From contig NC_135821.1 of assembly GCF_964213995.1 (NCBI RefSeq), forward strand, positions 52,514,001 through 52,578,000: a stretch of DNA of 64,000 bases, given 5' to 3'. This DNA comes from Mustelus asterias. Lineage: Eukaryota. The position numbers were made by a program, and so were the translations under genes. A model generated the notes under the pieces. That model did no database searches, was not told the DNA's origin, and saw nothing but the letters and a program-made list of their open reading frames with translations. This document shows positions 53,863 to 64,000 of this stretch, one piece after another. Positions within the stretch are counted from its first letter, which is position 1. Every line of letters begins with the position of its first letter.

Positions 53863-55449
53863 ATGTATGCCCAAGCCATCAGGAGATGCGTCAATTCATC
53901 AGCCGCACTCACAAGACAGTCCCGAACGTCACCCAAGCACAACGCAATGCCATCCGCGCTCTCAAGACCAACCCCAACATTGTCATCAAACCAGCAGACA
54001 AAAGGAGGGGTCACCGTCATACTGAACAGAACAGATTACTGCAAAGAGTACCAACAACTGAACAACCAGGAACACTACAGACAGTTACCCGCAGATCCGA
54101 AAAAAGAACACACCCGCCAACTCAACAAACTGATGAAGACATTTGATCCAGACCTTCAGAGCACTCTCCATGCTCTAATCCCACGTACTCCCCGCGTTGG
54201 AGATCTCTACTGCCTCCCGAAGATACACAAGGCCAACACACCCGGCCATCCTATTGTATCAGGCAATGGGACCCTGTGTAAGAACCCCTCCGGCTACGTT
54301 GAGGGCATCCTGAAACCAATTGTACAAAGAACCCCCAGCTTCTGTCGTGACACTACAGACTTCTTACAGAAACTCAGCACCCATGAAGCAGTTGAACCAG
54401 GAACACTCCTCGTCACAATGGATGTCTTGGCACTCTACACCAGGATCCTCCACAACGATGGCATTGCTGCAACTGCCTCAGTACTCAATGCTAACAACTG
54501 CCAATCTCCAGACGCAATTCTACAACTCATCCGCTTCATCCTGGACCACAACATATTCATCTTCAACAATCAGTTCTTCATCCAGACACACGGAACAGTC
54601 ATGGGAACCAAGTTCACACCTCAATGTGCCAACATCTTCATTCACAGGTTCGAACAAGACCTCTTCACCACACAGGACCTTCAACCGACGCTATGCACTA
54701 GATACACCGATGACATTTTCTTCCTTTGGACTCACGGCAAAGAAACACTGAAACAACTACATGATGATATCAACAAGTTCCATTCCACCATCAGACTCAC
54801 CATAGACTACTCTCCAGAATCAGTTGCATTCTTGGACACACGCATCTCCATCAAGGACGGTCAGCTCAGCACTTCACTGTACCACAAGCCCATGGATAAC
54901 CTCACGATGCTCCACTTCTCCAGCTTCCACCTTAAACACGATAAAGAAGCCATCCCCAATGGACAAGCCCTCCGTATACAAAGGATCTGCTCAGATGAGG
55001 AGGATAGCAACAGACACCTGCAGACGCTGAAAGATGTCCTTTTAAGAACAAGATATGGCACTCGACTCATCGATCGACAGTTCCGACGCGCCACAGCAAA
55101 AAACCGCACCGACCTCCTCAGAAGACAAACACGGGACACAGCCAACAGAGTACCCTTTGTCGTCCAATACTTCCCCGGAGAGAAGAAGCTACGACATCTT
55201 CTTCGGAGCCTTCAACATGTCATCGATGAAGACAAACATCTCGCCAAGGCCATCCTCACACCCCCACTACTTGCCTTCAAAGAACCGCACAACCTCAAAC
55301 AGACCATTGTCCGCAGCAAACTACCCAGCCTTCAGGACCACAACACTAGACAATCCTGCCACAGCAACCTCTGCAAGGCATGCCAGATCATCGACACGGA
55401 TGCCATCATCTCACATGAGAACACCATCCATCAGGTACGCAGTACATAG
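53863..55449 (+). pseudogene. Degenerate Penelope reverse transcriptase ORF
   Basis: 528-aa ORF with Penelope-type RT and thumb; frameshifted at the N-terminus and stopped before the GIY-YIG domain. Confidence 0.85.
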
Positions 55450-55955
55450 TCTTGTGACTTGGCCAACATTGTCTACCTGATATGCTGCAGGAAAGGATGT
55501 CCCGAGGCATGGCACATTGGCAAGACCATGCAGACGCTACAACAACGGATGAATGGACACCCTCGACAATCACCAGGCAAGAGTGTTCCCTTCCTGTCGG
55601 GGAACACTTCAGCAGTTGAGGACATTCGGCCTCTGATCTTCGGGTAAGCGGCCTTCAAGACACACGACAATGCAGAATCGCCGAGCAGAAACTGATAGCC
55701 AAGTTCTGCACACATGAGGGTGGCCTCAACCTGGATCTTGGGTTCATGTCACACTACCTGTAACCCCCACGACTTGCCTGGGCTCGCAAAATCTTACTAA
55801 CTGTCCTGGCTTGAGACAATTCACACCTCTTTAACCTGTGCTCAACCCTCTTTCCACTCGCATTGTCTATACCTGTTAAGACTCACATTCCAACCATTAT
55901 CTTGCAATTGAGTCTCTGTCTATATATGCCATGTTTGTGAACCCAACTTTCCACT

Positions 55956-55989
55956 CAGCTGATGAAGGAGCAGCATCCGAAAGCTCCTG
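55956..55989 (+). ncRNA. Minimal hammerhead-like motif in a Penelope 3' UTR
   Basis: cag-CTGATGA-A-GGA gcagca TCC-GAAA-GC-TC-ctg; stem I cag/ctg. Confidence 0.55.
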
Positions 55990-56134
55990 CTGCCAAATAA
56001 ACCTGTTGGACTTTAACCTGGTGTTGTGAGACTGATATCTTAGCACAGACAGTTTCCATGAAGAATCACTGAACAGTGATCGGTTTATCGGTGGGGAATA
56101 TTGCTGATCACACATTCCCTAGTCTGGTCATTTT

Positions 56135-57170
56135 TTAATACATTCATGGAATGTGCGCATTGCTGGCTAGACCAAAATTTTTTGTCCATCTCTAATTGCC
56201 ATTGAGATGTTGGTGGTAATCTGCCTTCTTGAAGCGTTGAGGTCCATGTAGTGTAGGTACACCCACAATGTTTTAAGGGAGGAAGTTCAAGGATTTTGAC
56301 TCAGCAACAGTGAAGGAATGGCAATATATTTCCAAATCAGGGTGGGGTATGGCTTGGAGGGGAATGTCCAGGTGGTGGTGTTCCCATGTGTCTACTGCCT
56401 TTTTCCTTCTAGATAGTAGCGTTGTGAGTTTGGCAGCAGCTGTCTGAGGAGCCTTGGTGAGTTCCAGCAGGGCATTTTATAGATGGTACACACTGTTGCC
56501 ACTGTGCATCGGTAGTGGACAGAGTGAATGATGTGGATGGGGTTGCAATCAAGCAGACTGTCTTGTTCTGGATGGTGTTGAGCTTCTTGAGTGTTGATAT
56601 AGAATATAAAATAGATTTAGAATCCTTACAGTGCAGAAGGAGGCCATTCAGCCCATCGAGTCTGCACCAACAACAATCCCACCTCGGCCCTATCCCCTTA
56701 ACCCGACATATTTACCCCACTATTCCCTCTAACCTATGCATCCCGGGACACTAAGGGGCAATTTAGCATGGCTAATGCACCTAACCCGCATATCTTTGGA
56801 CTGTGGGAGGAAACTGGAGCATCCAGAGGAAACCCACGCAGACACGAGGGGAATGTGCAAACTCCACACAGACAGCGACCCAAGCCGGGAATCGAACCCA
56901 GGTCCCTGGAGCTGTGAGACAGCAGTGCTAACCACTGTGCCACCGTGCGCTCGTCTAGGCAAGTGGAGAGTATTCCATCACACTCCAGACTTGTGCCCTG
57001 GAGATGGTGGACAGGCTTTTGGGAGTCAAGAGGGGGGTTACTCACCATAGGATTCCTAGCCATGACCTTCTCTTGTAGCCACGGCATTTATATGTCTAAT
57101 GCAGTTCAGTTTCTGGTCAAGGGTACCAGCTAGGATGTTGATAGTTGAGGATTCAGTGGTGGTAATGCTT
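56135..57170 (-). mobile_element. LINE 3' fragment (same family as 39885-41530), split by a SINE
   Basis: Shares ccaggtggtggtgttcccatgtgtct...ggagagtattccatcacactcc with the 40-kb copy. Confidence 0.7.
56615..56948 (-). mobile_element. tRNA-derived SINE (HE1-like)
   Basis: Full-length reverse copy. Confidence 0.85.
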
Positions 57171-57172
57171 TT

Positions 57173-58570
57173 TGTTAGGTCCCGGATCAGAACCCCAAGG
57201 TGTATTGTGAAGCCAGACTAGACCCAACAGTTTTTCTATTTTGGCAGGAAAGAATGCTTCATTCCAAGAGTAATCTCACCGACAAATTAAGGATCTTTCA
57301 CCAAAGCAAGCTTTATTCATAATACAGTTTAAGTATAACTCTATCAAAATTAAGTAGCTTCATTTTAAAAATTGAACAATCTTTAAACATGAAAATTAAC
57401 AACTCTAATTTCTAATGATTATCTCAGTTCCACATAAGCAACATTCTTCTGACAGACTTAAAACCCACTTTAAATATAGTTAGCAATCACAATTATACTT
57501 GATATAATGAGTATAGACAGCCTTGGAGTTTTCAGAGAGATATAGAACTTTCAGGAGCCTGCAAAACTCTCCTAACTTCAACCAGAACAACCAAGCTCCC
57601 ACTCCTTTGATCAAAAGCCTGTTCTTTTTCTGCTACAGATCCAGGACTGCACATAAACCACAACATTGCATGACTCTGTCAACCACTCTAATCTGAAATA
57701 CCAGGGGAACTTAAGTAAACAAAAGTCCATTAACTCCACTTAACATAACCACTTGCAAGGTTGAAATGAATAATTATTCTGCTCTTCCAGTATCTGAGCT
57801 GTAATCCTCCAGACATACTGACTATCTGTAGAAAAAAGCTGAACTTTAAAACATTCTCCTGAAACAGGGCAGCACGGTGACACAGTGGTTAGCAGTGCTG
57901 ACTCACAGTGCCAGGGTTTTGTGTTCGAATTATGGCTTGAGTCACTGTCTGTGTGGAGTTTGTACATTCTCCCCGTGTCTGCTTGGGTTTCCTCCGGATG
58001 CTCCGGTTTCCTCCCACAGTCCAAAGATGTGCAGGTTAGGTGGATTGGCCATGCTAAATTGCCCCTTAGTGTCAGGGGGCCTAGCTAGGGCAAATGCATG
58101 GGGTTATGGGGATAGGTCCTGGGTGGGATTGTGGTCGGTACAGACTCGATGGGCAGTATGGCCTCCTTCTGCATTATTTGATTCCATGATAAAAAAACAC
58201 ACTATATATATTTGCACACTTTCATTACACCTCCCCCTTTTAAAAAATGAATGAATGTGAAAAAATTTCTAAAGTCTTCAATTTTCTCCCCATAAAGCCA
58301 TAGTTTTTTCCTCTATAAGACATATATATTATTAAGCAAGCAAAGTTAAACAGTAGTATAGTCCAGTTCAGTCTTCCTTTTGAAATGTTGAATGTTCTAT
58401 CCTTTTACATCAAAGTCATAATAAAGCATCTGCAATCACATTCTCTCTTCCTGCCGCATGTATAATCTTCAAATTAAATGGTTGTAATAATAAACTCCAT
58501 CGAAACAGATTTGGATTTATATCCTTAAACATATTCCAGAAATTTCAATGGATTATGGTCGGTGTAAATA
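57173..58570 (-). mobile_element. Gypsy (Gmr1-like) remnant: RNase H end, PPT and 3' LTR (57173-58229)
   Basis: Minus strand YTDHNPLKFLE, then a frameshift, then NPNLFRWSLLLQPFNLKIIHAAGRENVIADAL; PPT aaaagggggagg at 58230-58241; LTR TGTAA...TAACA with an internal SINE. Confidence 0.78.
57867..58190 (+). mobile_element. tRNA-derived SINE (HE1-like) inside the Gypsy LTR
   Basis: gggcagcacggtgacacagtggttagc start and conserved body. Confidence 0.85.
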
Positions 58571-60121
58571 ATTGCCTACTATAGGATGGAGTTTGACCCT
58601 CCCCCTCACTGTCTGCATGCCTCCAATTTACCTGGAACCTCATGATATGAAACTTGTCTGTGGGACAGCCATGCACACCATCTGTGCCCTTGCCCCTTCC
58701 TGCAACAGGCGTACACCATGCTTCCAATGATTACTCCTGCTCCAGGTTCAGTGCTCTTCTGCATAGTCTAATTTCACTAACCTCGGACTGTGAGGTCCAC
58801 ATTGTCCCTGGACTGCCTGTCATCTGTGTTTCCATTTTGCAGCAGGAATGTCTGCACTCTCTGACCCCTGTCTGCCAGCTCCTTAACCTTGAGTCTTGAG
58901 ATGGTTCCCATTTCCAAAGAGGATTAAGGACAAGAGTGACCCTCCCAAACCACACCAGCCCAAATTCTAAGTCCTCGTGCGAACCATCCCGAATGTGACA
59001 CATCAACAAGCCCCATCCCATATCCTGGAGTTCTGCGTGCAACCCCTTCCAGTAAATAATGTGTTATCCCTTTGATCCTCTTGTTTGGCAACATTTCATG
59101 CAGACTTGTCAGGGTCTAACTTCCCATCCCTCAGTCTTCCCTCTGCGTTCCATTATACATCATCCTTATCCACCTCCTTGACCCTCTGCTTGCCACCCTT
59201 GCACAACCCACATTGCCCTCCCCTTGTATTTGCCCTCCACCCTACTTTCCTTGCACAGCCCTCCTTCTACATTGCCTCCCTTGTCTTCAACACAACCCCC
59301 CCCATACCTCGTACCCCACCCTGATCGAGCTTTGGTCTGTTGAAGTGGTGGTTGCATGAGTCCCGCAGCACAATGCTGTCCAGGCAGGCAGGTGTGTGGT
59401 ACTGGGAGCAGAAGGCCCTGCACCTCCAACCCCAGGCACAGTACTGATCTGAATCAGTGAAACTGGAGGGTCCCATGAGTCTAGCAGCGCAGTGTTGTCC
59501 AGACAGACCAACTGAGGGCACAATCAGTTTGCCCCAGCAGAGTGGTGTTCTAATCAGCAGGAACAGAGCCACGCAATGGCAGGTAGGCTGTGGATGTTGC
59601 ATTCAACTCGAAGTCTTGAGTGAACTGGGGCCTGCCTTCTGCGTATCACACCTTATCAAAATGGGTTTGAAGCTGATATGATATCCTACTGGCATGATGC
59701 TGCTTTAAAGAGTATTCATGAGATGCAAATGGCCATCATGTCACCAAGCAGCAGGAGAACAAACCGCCATGGGGAGAATTTCAAACTGTTGTTACGTCAG
59801 TGGGTTTCCGACTTTTCAACGGCCACTGGATTCTCCACTCCCGCCCACTATCAGACCGTCCACTGGCTGAATGGGAGAATTCTATCCTGTGTGATGGGAA
59901 CCTCCTGTCGTGTCACAAGGTTGAATCCAAATGCTGCTTATCACTTGCATTTCTTATCAGGCAACTGATGTGTCATGTACAACTGAGCTATTCCATTTCC
60001 AGCATGAATTATGCTTTTTTGTTGGTATAGTGCAGCATAAACGACAGCAATCAGATGATTATACATTTCTGGTTAGAGGAATGGTGACCTACCAACATGG
60101 AGTCAAATGGAAAATAACTTT

Positions 60122-60382
60122 TAAAGTTTATTTATTAGTCACAAGTAAGGCTTACATTGACACTGCAATGAAGTTACTGTGAAATTCCCCTAGTCGCCAC
60201 ACACCGGCGCCTGTTCGGATCGATGCACCTAACCAGCACGTCTTTCAGACTGTGGGAGGAAACCGGAGCACCCGGAGGAAACCCACGCAGACACGGGGAG
60301 AACGCGCAAACTCCACACAGACAGTGACCCAAGCAGGGGTCCCTGGTGCTGTGAGGCAGCAGTGCTAACCACTGTGCCGTCC
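60122..60382 (-). mobile_element. tRNA-derived SINE (HE1-like)
   Basis: Near-identical to 1657-1935. Confidence 0.85.
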
Positions 60383-60866
60383 CTTCTTTGAGTGTAAAAA
60401 TTTCATTTTTTGACGATTATTTTTTCTTATCTTGTCTAATCTCTGAGATCTAAGTTTTGATAGCAGACAGGAGGAACAGATTATCTGTTTCTATGCCTCT
60501 GCCAAGGCTGGACTGAGCCAACCACTAGAACGTACACAAGAAAGGGTCAGAGGCCTATTTTCCTTCTGTTTTTCCAGAGAACATACCCTCTGTTCTGAAG
60601 GACACCACTGTGGGAGATGTTGGGCACAAGCACACCCCTCACTACTCATCAACACTTTGCGTTCATACTCCAATAAACTGAACTATTGCAACACCCCAAG
60701 AATAAAAAATAAGTAATTGAATTGTGTTGCATTGTAAGGCTTGCAGAAAGAAATTGACTTGGTGTTAAAAGGAACTGATTATAATCCCTTCTTTGTTTCA
60801 AATACACTCTGATAAAATGTTATTTAAAAAGAAATCTTTTATATATTTTCTATTTTGTAAACTAAC

Positions 60867-61095
60867 CTTTGTACGAAGTCCTGAGAAACTGTTTTATTAG
60901 CGTTCGCAGTTCTTCAATCATTTTCAATGGTGATATTGTTTCACAATCATCAAGTAAGAACAGTTTCAGGTCATTCCTCGGCATTCTACTAACAGACAAC
61001 TTGTAGAAGAGCCCAGAAAAGCCATCCACTTCTGCCCACTTGATTCTAGGTAGCGGTATGGTCAGCATGACATCAAATTCATCAGGGGAAGATAT
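60867..61095 (-). CDS. cGAS (MB21D1)-like nucleotidyltransferase, exon equivalent to human exon 2
   Basis: cccag|ISSPDEFDVMLTIPLPRIK...RTSYK G|gttag; matches human cGAS ISAPNEFDVMFKLEVPRI including catalytic E225/D227; 229 nt. Confidence 0.92.
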
Positions 61096-61454
61096 CTGGG
61101 AACAACCAAACAGAAAAGTGGAATGAAAAACATTTTCCTCTTCTCATGGTGACTAGGATCTTTAATGAATATTTTCAGCCAGATTCAAATTAGTTCCTGA
61201 TCAATGAAATTGGCTATAATTCAGCATTGAACTTCGTTGAGATTGAGTGATGTCTAAGATTGCATTAATTTACAACAGGGTGCTTTTTGATGCAGTGAAA
61301 CAAGTTGGTGGAACAGTGCAGAAAGACTCAAACTTCATCTGGAACTTTTAAATGTCAATGGATGCAAATGGGGAAAAATAAAAATTACTTGCCCCACCCT
61401 GTCTCATTGCACACAAATCACAATTCTTCAATTTTGATAAAAAGATAACTAATT

Positions 61455-61785
61455 AGGGGAGATGGTGCCGTAATGGTATTGCCACTGGTCTAGTGATCCC
61501 ACGATAATACACTGGGACCAGGATTCAAATCCCACCATGACAGATGGTGACATTTGCATCCAATAAATATCTGGAATTAATGATGACCATGAAACCATTG
61601 TCGATTGTTGTAAAAGCCCACCTGATTCACTAATGTTCTTTAGGGAAGGAAATCTGCCATCCTTACCTGGTCTGACATACATGTGACTCCAGACCGATTG
61701 CAATTGGTTAGCAAATCTTTCGAGAGCAATTAGAGATGGGCAGTAAACGCTGGCCCAGTCAGTGATGCCCACATCCCATGAATGA
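61455..61785 (+). mobile_element. Second tRNA-derived SINE family
   Basis: Aligns with 10436-10790. Confidence 0.7.
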
Positions 61786-63080
61786 ATTTTAAAAATTATC
61801 TTCTTGAATAGCTCAGTTCATGAAGGCAGCATGTACTTGGGCCAAACAGACCATTAGACTCCATCACAATAAGAACAAAGAATACGGCAAAATCTCAGCA
61901 GGTCTGGCAGCATCTGTAAGGATGTCCAATTCTTTTTCTTTGTTGTATATACTGATCCCAGTGACAGTAGAGATACCACAATTGGATAGGAAAAAAATCT
62001 GCCAGAATTCTCTGTCCTGGTGCCAATGTACACATTTGGGGATATTGGGTAAGGTCACAATCAGAAATTGGATGTGATTCCTCAACAGTTGAATAACACA
62101 CTACTTTTAACCATTTAGGATCAATGTAAAGAATGGCGGCTTGGGTGATATTTGAAGATGCTTGCAGACTTCAGCCATGGTGGAAGTACCACCTTTAAGG
62201 AGAAGGATATTTAAAGTTGTTAAAAGAAATTGCTCTATTTAATAGAATCTCAAGACATTGACAGATCAAAGGTTTTTCATTAAAGTTATTTTTTCAGCTT
62301 CATTAGCATCTGCTCACTTGCACCTTTCCCAGCAATCAGAGTAAATAAATAACGTGTTGTAGATGTTACTCTATCGGTGTAAGGGCTTCCTCAATGTTTG
62401 AATGGATAAATATGTCACATAGCCAAACACCAGGATATCCCAGGTTCAGTCCCAGGTCTGAAGGTATTGATCAATCTCATCCAGAGCGGTGATCTGATGC
62501 TACAATTTGTCTCAATGTTAGGCAGAGAAAATAATTTAGTCAGGGTTTCTGTTACTGATTGGTATCTAGTGAATATTATTAGAAAGGACACATATGTTTT
62601 AACATCAGGTTAGGCTTGGCTATGATCAAGGAACGTTACAGCACAGAAAAAGCCCATTTGGTCTATTATTCCTTTTCCAGCCCTTTGAAAAAGCTATCCA
62701 CTTTTTTCCACTCCCCTGTTCATTTTCCTTTGGCCTGCTAATTTTCCTTTTCAAGTGTATATCCAATTCCATTTTGAAAGATATCATTGAAATCTCTTTC
62801 ACCAGCCTTTCAGGCAGTGCAGTCATTTGTAACCATAACAATTTCTGCACAATTTTTCTTTCCTCATCTCCCCTCCTGTTCTTTTAACCTTAATGTTCTC
62901 CAACTACCAACACTCTTTACTTAGGCTATCAAAACCTTTCATCATTTTGAACAGCCCTATTATCTTTCTCTGCTTCATAAAGAGAAAAGTCCCAGCTTCT
63001 CTCATCTTTTCATGCAACCAAAATCCTGTGACATTACACATTGCTGAATATGCAGTATGTGTTCTCACCTATCTGCTATT

Positions 63081-63480
63081 CTTGTCCTTCTAGATGTGGG
63101 TTTGGAAGGTGCTGCCTAAGGAACCTTGGTGAGTTCCATCTACAAGATGCACTGCAGGAACTTACCAAGGTTCCTTAGGCAGCATCTTCCAAACCCATGA
63201 CCACTACCATCTAGAAGGACAAGGGCAGCAGAAATCTGGGAACACCGCCACCTGTAGGTTTCCCCCCCAAATCACACACCATCCTGACTTTGTAATATAC
63301 CGCTGTCCCTACACATCACTGGGTCAAAATCCTGGAATTCCCCCCCAACCACATCCCCCCATCCCAGCAGCACTATGGGTGTACCTACACCTCAGGGACT
63401 GCAGCAGTTCAAGAATGCCATCACCTCATCAAGTAGAGCTGGACATAAATGCTGGTCTAACCAGCAACCCCTACATTCCA
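63081..63480 (+). mobile_element. LINE 3' fragment with an inverted duplication at its 5' end
   Basis: Reverse complement of the 39.9-40.3 kb LINE tail; 63081-63137 is an inverted copy of 63157-63224. Confidence 0.7.
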
Positions 63481-64000
63481 TAACTGAATAAACAAAAACA
63501 TGAGGAAAATGGTACTGGTACAGTTCACTGCCATAAAAAAAATAGGGGCAATTAGCAGCTAAAAATCTTTGGCTGGAATGTTACGGTCATTCACGCTGGT
63601 GGGATTTTCCCATCCCGCTGCAGTAAACGGAGATTTGGCTGGTCGCTGCAGCGGGAGCATGGCGTGAAAGGCCAATAGGATCGTGCCCAAATTCAAATTT
63701 CAATTTTTCACCTATCCAGCAGCTGTGCAGGATTTCTTCACTGTGTTGTTAAAAGGATCGCTATAACTTAGTTAATTCTTATTAATGCTGAAAAAACAAT
63801 GAAGCTATGGGGAGAAAAAAGCATTAATCACCAATTGGCAGTACTGAGTGGTCCATCAGAAGTAGTGCAGCCATGTTATTGTGCAGGATTTTTATTACCA
63901 TATTAGGGGAGACGATGGCCTAGTGGTATTATCGCTAGACTATTAATCCAGAAACTCAGCTAACATCCTGGGGACCCAGGTTTGAACCCCGCCAGGGCAG

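Larger units (their letters stand above)
52357..56031. mobile_element. Penelope-like element (RT + GIY-YIG), fold-back composite inside cGAS-like intron 2
   Basis: Plus-strand ORF 53863-55449 has RT motifs (LPKIHK, MDVLALYT, GTVMGTKF, RYTDDIF) followed by a broken GIY-YIG domain (VYLICC..C..WHIGKT). An inverted copy occupies 52357-53557. Flanked by a 16-bp TSD ctgatgtcttagtaca / ctgatatcttagcaca. Confidence 0.9.

Noticed and set aside
58584-59887. GC-rich block with several short ORFs
   Set aside because: Looks like a decayed DNA-transposon-derived insert with weak inverted termini; no protein motif I can support.
61096-64000. Exon 1 of the cGAS-like gene
   Set aside because: No GSY-type motif or suitable ORF found; the region is repeat-filled intron, so exon 1 is presumably beyond the window.

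Overview
Eukaryotic, repeat-rich vertebrate DNA, most likely a shark or other cartilaginous fish (inferred from HE1-like SINEs, CR1 LINEs and Penelope elements). Most entries in the ORF track are spurious or come from repeats. Three spliced genes can be rebuilt with GT-AG boundaries and consistent reading phase: (1) a KLHL31-like BTB-BACK-Kelch gene on + (CDS 12926-14112 and 18783-19515, 639 aa); (2) a complete six-exon RPL11 on - (38959 down to 25074, 178 aa); (3) exons 2-5 of a cGAS (MB21D1)-like gene on - (61095 down to 48002; exon 1 was not found and is presumably beyond the window). The most striking observation is that this cGAS-like protein keeps the catalytic acidic triad, the zinc thumb and the nucleosome-anchor arginines, yet ends in an extra ~36-aa tail with a hydrophobic, transmembrane-like helix, making it a candidate tail-anchored cGAS. 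The window also holds many Penelope-derived elements with minimal hammerhead-ribozyme motifs whose stems covary, often inserted as fold-backs with target-site duplications, plus two long inverted duplications, an ERV-like LTR and a Gmr1-like Gypsy remnant. All homology calls are by eye from recalled sequences; no searches were run. Repeat boundaries are approximate.
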